Part shown: positions 62,239 through 64,000 of the stretch, one piece after another
Position numbering within the stretch: position 1 is the stretch's first letter
Layout of the letters: the number at the start of each line of letters is the position of its first letter
Source of the DNA: Blastocatellia bacterium
GTDB lineage: Bacteria; Acidobacteriota; Blastocatellia; UBA7656; JADIYM01
Assembly: GCA_021463145.1 (NCBI GenBank)
Contig: JAJTWZ010000006.1
Span: 17,485 to 81,484, forward strand
DNA: 64,000 nt
Direction of reading: 5' to 3'
Position numbers and translations under genes: made by a program
The notes under the pieces: model-generated
What the model saw: only the letters and a program-made list of their open reading frames with translations
Databases searched by the model: none
Told to the model about the DNA's origin: nothing

Positions 62239-64000
62239 ATGTCGAACCTGGATGCATCCAGGCGCGAGGCGGCGACTGCTTCGAAGCCCGTCGCTCTCGC
62301 CTGCGCGCTTGCCATCGCCCTGCTCGCATTCATCGGAGCGTGGATTCTCTGGAGTGCGCCCGGCCGCGTCGATAGCGCTCTCTCCGACTGGATCGATCCG
62401 CTCTATTCCCAGGCGAGCATAGTCGAGCGCGACATAGCGGATGCCGACCGGTTGTTGCGGCTCTTCGTCCTTCAGGGACGCGCTGCGGACTCGAAGTCCT
62501 TCGAAGACAAGCGTGCAGAAGTCGCCAAGTCGATCGGCGACCTCCGGGCGATAGCCCAGCGCGCCGACAGGGTTCCGAAAGAGGCGGCCGAGACATTCGC
62601 CGTTGCCGCCGAGAAGTGGGCCGGATTTGCGGATGAGTGGTTCAAGGCGGCCCGCAGCGAGACTGCCGACGCAAACCGTACCGCTGTCATGGCGCGGATG
62701 GGGCCGGAAGACCCGTTGGCGGACATGATCAAGGAGCGTAAGTCGCTCGAGGCCGCCGTCAAGGAAGCGCGGCAGGCGCACCTCGCAACTGCTGCGTCTG
62801 CCGAAGGGACGCGGCCCGTGCGAATGTTCCTCGGATTTGGCCTGGTCGCGGCAGGCTGCATCGTGGGGCTCTTCCTTGCACTCAGGTCAGGTTCGCGAGG
62901 AGCGAGTGCCGCGCCTGGTATCGATACGGGCCTGATCCGCGCCGTCCTCGACCAGATTCCCGACGCGGTGGCCATTTTCGGCGAGGACGGCAAGCTGGTT
63001 GTATCGAATCTGGCGGCGTCGCGTGTCGTCGAGTCGGTGGACCTCGGCGAACAGGGTCAGCGCTCACGTCTCGCGCTTTTCGGCGCCGACGACGAACAGA
63101 TCGAGGATGGCGATTCGCCACTCACACTCGCGCTCGCAGGCCACCACGTCCACGAGCGCAACATGTTTGCGACCAGCTACGACGGATCGCGGGCTCCAGT
63201 GGAAGTTCACGCCGACCCGGTCCTCGACAACGGCCGCGCGACCGCGGCAGTCGTCGTCGTCCGCGACAAGTCTTCCGAAATGCGCTTCGAGTCCGACGTC
63301 CAGGCTGCAAATGCGCGCGCCGAGTCGCTCGAGGCGAACGTGGCGGAACTGACCCGTCAGCTCCGCAAGTCCGACCAGTCCCTTGCTTCCGCGACTGCAA
63401 CGGTCCAGGAACTCAGCACTGCGGCCGAGTCGAACCGCCTGGAGGCCGAATCGAAGGCCGAGCGCTTCCGCCGTCTCATCGAGGGCTCGGGAACCGTCGG
63501 CGTCGCGCTCTTCGACGTCGGCGAGTTCGTTCTGCTCGACGCGAACGTGCCCGCGCTCGAACTGCTTGGGGAACGGCGGCGCGCTCGCGACGTCAGGGGT
63601 TCGAAGCTGATCGAGCTGGCGCCGGGTTGCGAATCCTCGGGCCTTGCGGATCTTTTCCGCAAAGTCGCGGCAAGCGGCGAGCCGTATTCGAGTGAGGAGT
63701 ACTACGCGCAAGGGCTTCGGCACGGGGCCGCGTACTGGAGCTTCTCGCTGATTCCAATGGCGGCGACCGCGGGCGGCCCGGCGGAGGAAATCGTCCTGAT
63801 CGGCAACAACATCACGGAGGCCGTCGAATCTCGGGCCGAGGTCGCGGCCACTGCGGCGGCGCGCGGCGACTGGAAGATCGAAGACGTCCTGCTTGCGCTC
63901 GCTAACGACCTCAGGACGCCGATACTTTCCATTCAGGGAATGATCGAGCTCTTCCGGGCGAAGTATGCCGAGGCGGTGCCCGACGTCACGGCACTGCATT
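62239..64000 (+). CDS. Sensor histidine kinase-like protein (two TM helices flanking a helical sensor domain, two PAS domains, a coiled coil, HisKA H-box). It is 3'-truncated by the window edge.
   Basis: RBS aggagga lies 11 nt upstream of ATG 62239, and the frame has no stop through 64000, which is why it is absent from the ORF track. PAS blocks IRAVLDQIPDAVAIFGEDGKLVVSN and FRRLIEGSGTVGVALFD are present. The H-box reads LALANDLRTPILSIQGM, with Asn where the phospho-accepting His is expected. Confidence 0.8.
   Translation, partial: MSNLDASRREAATASKPVALACALAIALLAFIGAWILWSAPGRVDSALSDWIDPLYSQASIVERDIADADRLLRLFVLQGRAADSKSFEDKRAEVAKSIGDLRAIAQRADRVPKEAAETFAVAAEKWAGFADEWFKAARSETADANRTAVMARMGPEDPLADMIKERKSLEAAVKEARQAHLATAASAEGTRPVRMFLGFGLVAAGCIVGLFLALRSGSRGASAAPGIDTGLIRAVLDQIPDAVAIFGEDGKLVVSNLAASRVVESVDLGEQGQRSRLALFGADDEQIEDGDSPLTLALAGHHVHERNMFATSYDGSRAPVEVHADPVLDNGRATAAVVVVRDKSSEMRFESDVQAANARAESLEANVAELTRQLRKSDQSLASATATVQELSTAAESNRLEAESKAERFRRLIEGSGTVGVALFDVGEFVLLDANVPALELLGERRRARDVRGSKLIELAPGCESSGLADLFRKVAASGEPYSSEEYYAQGLRHGAAYWSFSLIPMAATAGGPAEEIVLIGNNITEAVESRAEVAATAAARGDWKIEDVLLALANDLRTPILSIQGMIELFRAKYAEAVPDVTALH

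Noticed and set aside
63064-63999. 311-aa minus-strand ORF
   Set aside because: It is antisense to the histidine-kinase ORF, which has an RBS and PAS and H-box motifs.

Overview
This is a high-GC (about 65-68%) chromosomal window with no rRNA, CRISPR array or recognisable mobile element. Several features suggest an Acidobacteria-like (or related soil-phylum) genome. These are a TonB-dependent receptor with a carboxypeptidase-regulatory-like N-terminus, a large SBBP/FG-GAP repeat protein, a Ser/Thr kinase with a zinc-ribbon N-terminus, and split FtsX permeases.

Gene content runs roughly in order as follows. A 5'-truncated AlkP-superfamily phosphodiesterase comes first, followed by a long structured leader and a TonB-dependent receptor. 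Next is a MoxR AAA+ / DUF58 / TgpA-like transglutaminase triad. A minus-strand block follows with two FtsX-type ABC permeases, a beta-lactamase-fold serine hydrolase and a Gfo/Idh/MocA oxidoreductase. After an ArnT/PMT-like glycosyltransferase, an alpha/beta hydrolase and MobA comes a long housekeeping run. It carries pyrE, truA, uppS, cdsA, rplM, rpsI, rpsB, tsf, pyrH and frr, then a DUF5916/CBM9-like exported protein and a glycogen-debranching-type amylo-alpha-1,6-glucosidase. An orphan DnaC/IstB-like ATPase with a zinc ribbon and plsC follow. The next block is a CsgG-like secretion-channel homolog with a co-transcribed exported partner, a Ser/Thr kinase with TPR repeats, a LolA-like protein, a FhaA-like (DUF3662+FHA) protein and a CYTH protein with lysine-rich tails. 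It is followed by gap-pgk-tpiA-secG-tRNA-Leu(GAG), a LysR regulator, CIRCE-controlled groES-groEL, an S41 peptidase, an S4-domain protein, a SurA-like PPIase, mfd, a heptose-1-phosphate adenylyltransferase-like gene, a 956-aa SBBP/FG-GAP repeat protein, a ferritin-like diiron protein and an HNH endonuclease. The window ends in a 3'-truncated PAS sensor histidine kinase whose H-box histidine is replaced by Asn.

The most unusual non-genic signal is a family of GC-rich, hairpin-forming palindromic repeats. They are built on GACCGC-N3-GCGGTC half-sites plus two longer stem-loops. Copies sit at three intergenic loci (about 1041-1250, 38215-38600 and 50825-50960). One copy shows base-pair-preserving changes in a stem, which argues for selection on the structure.
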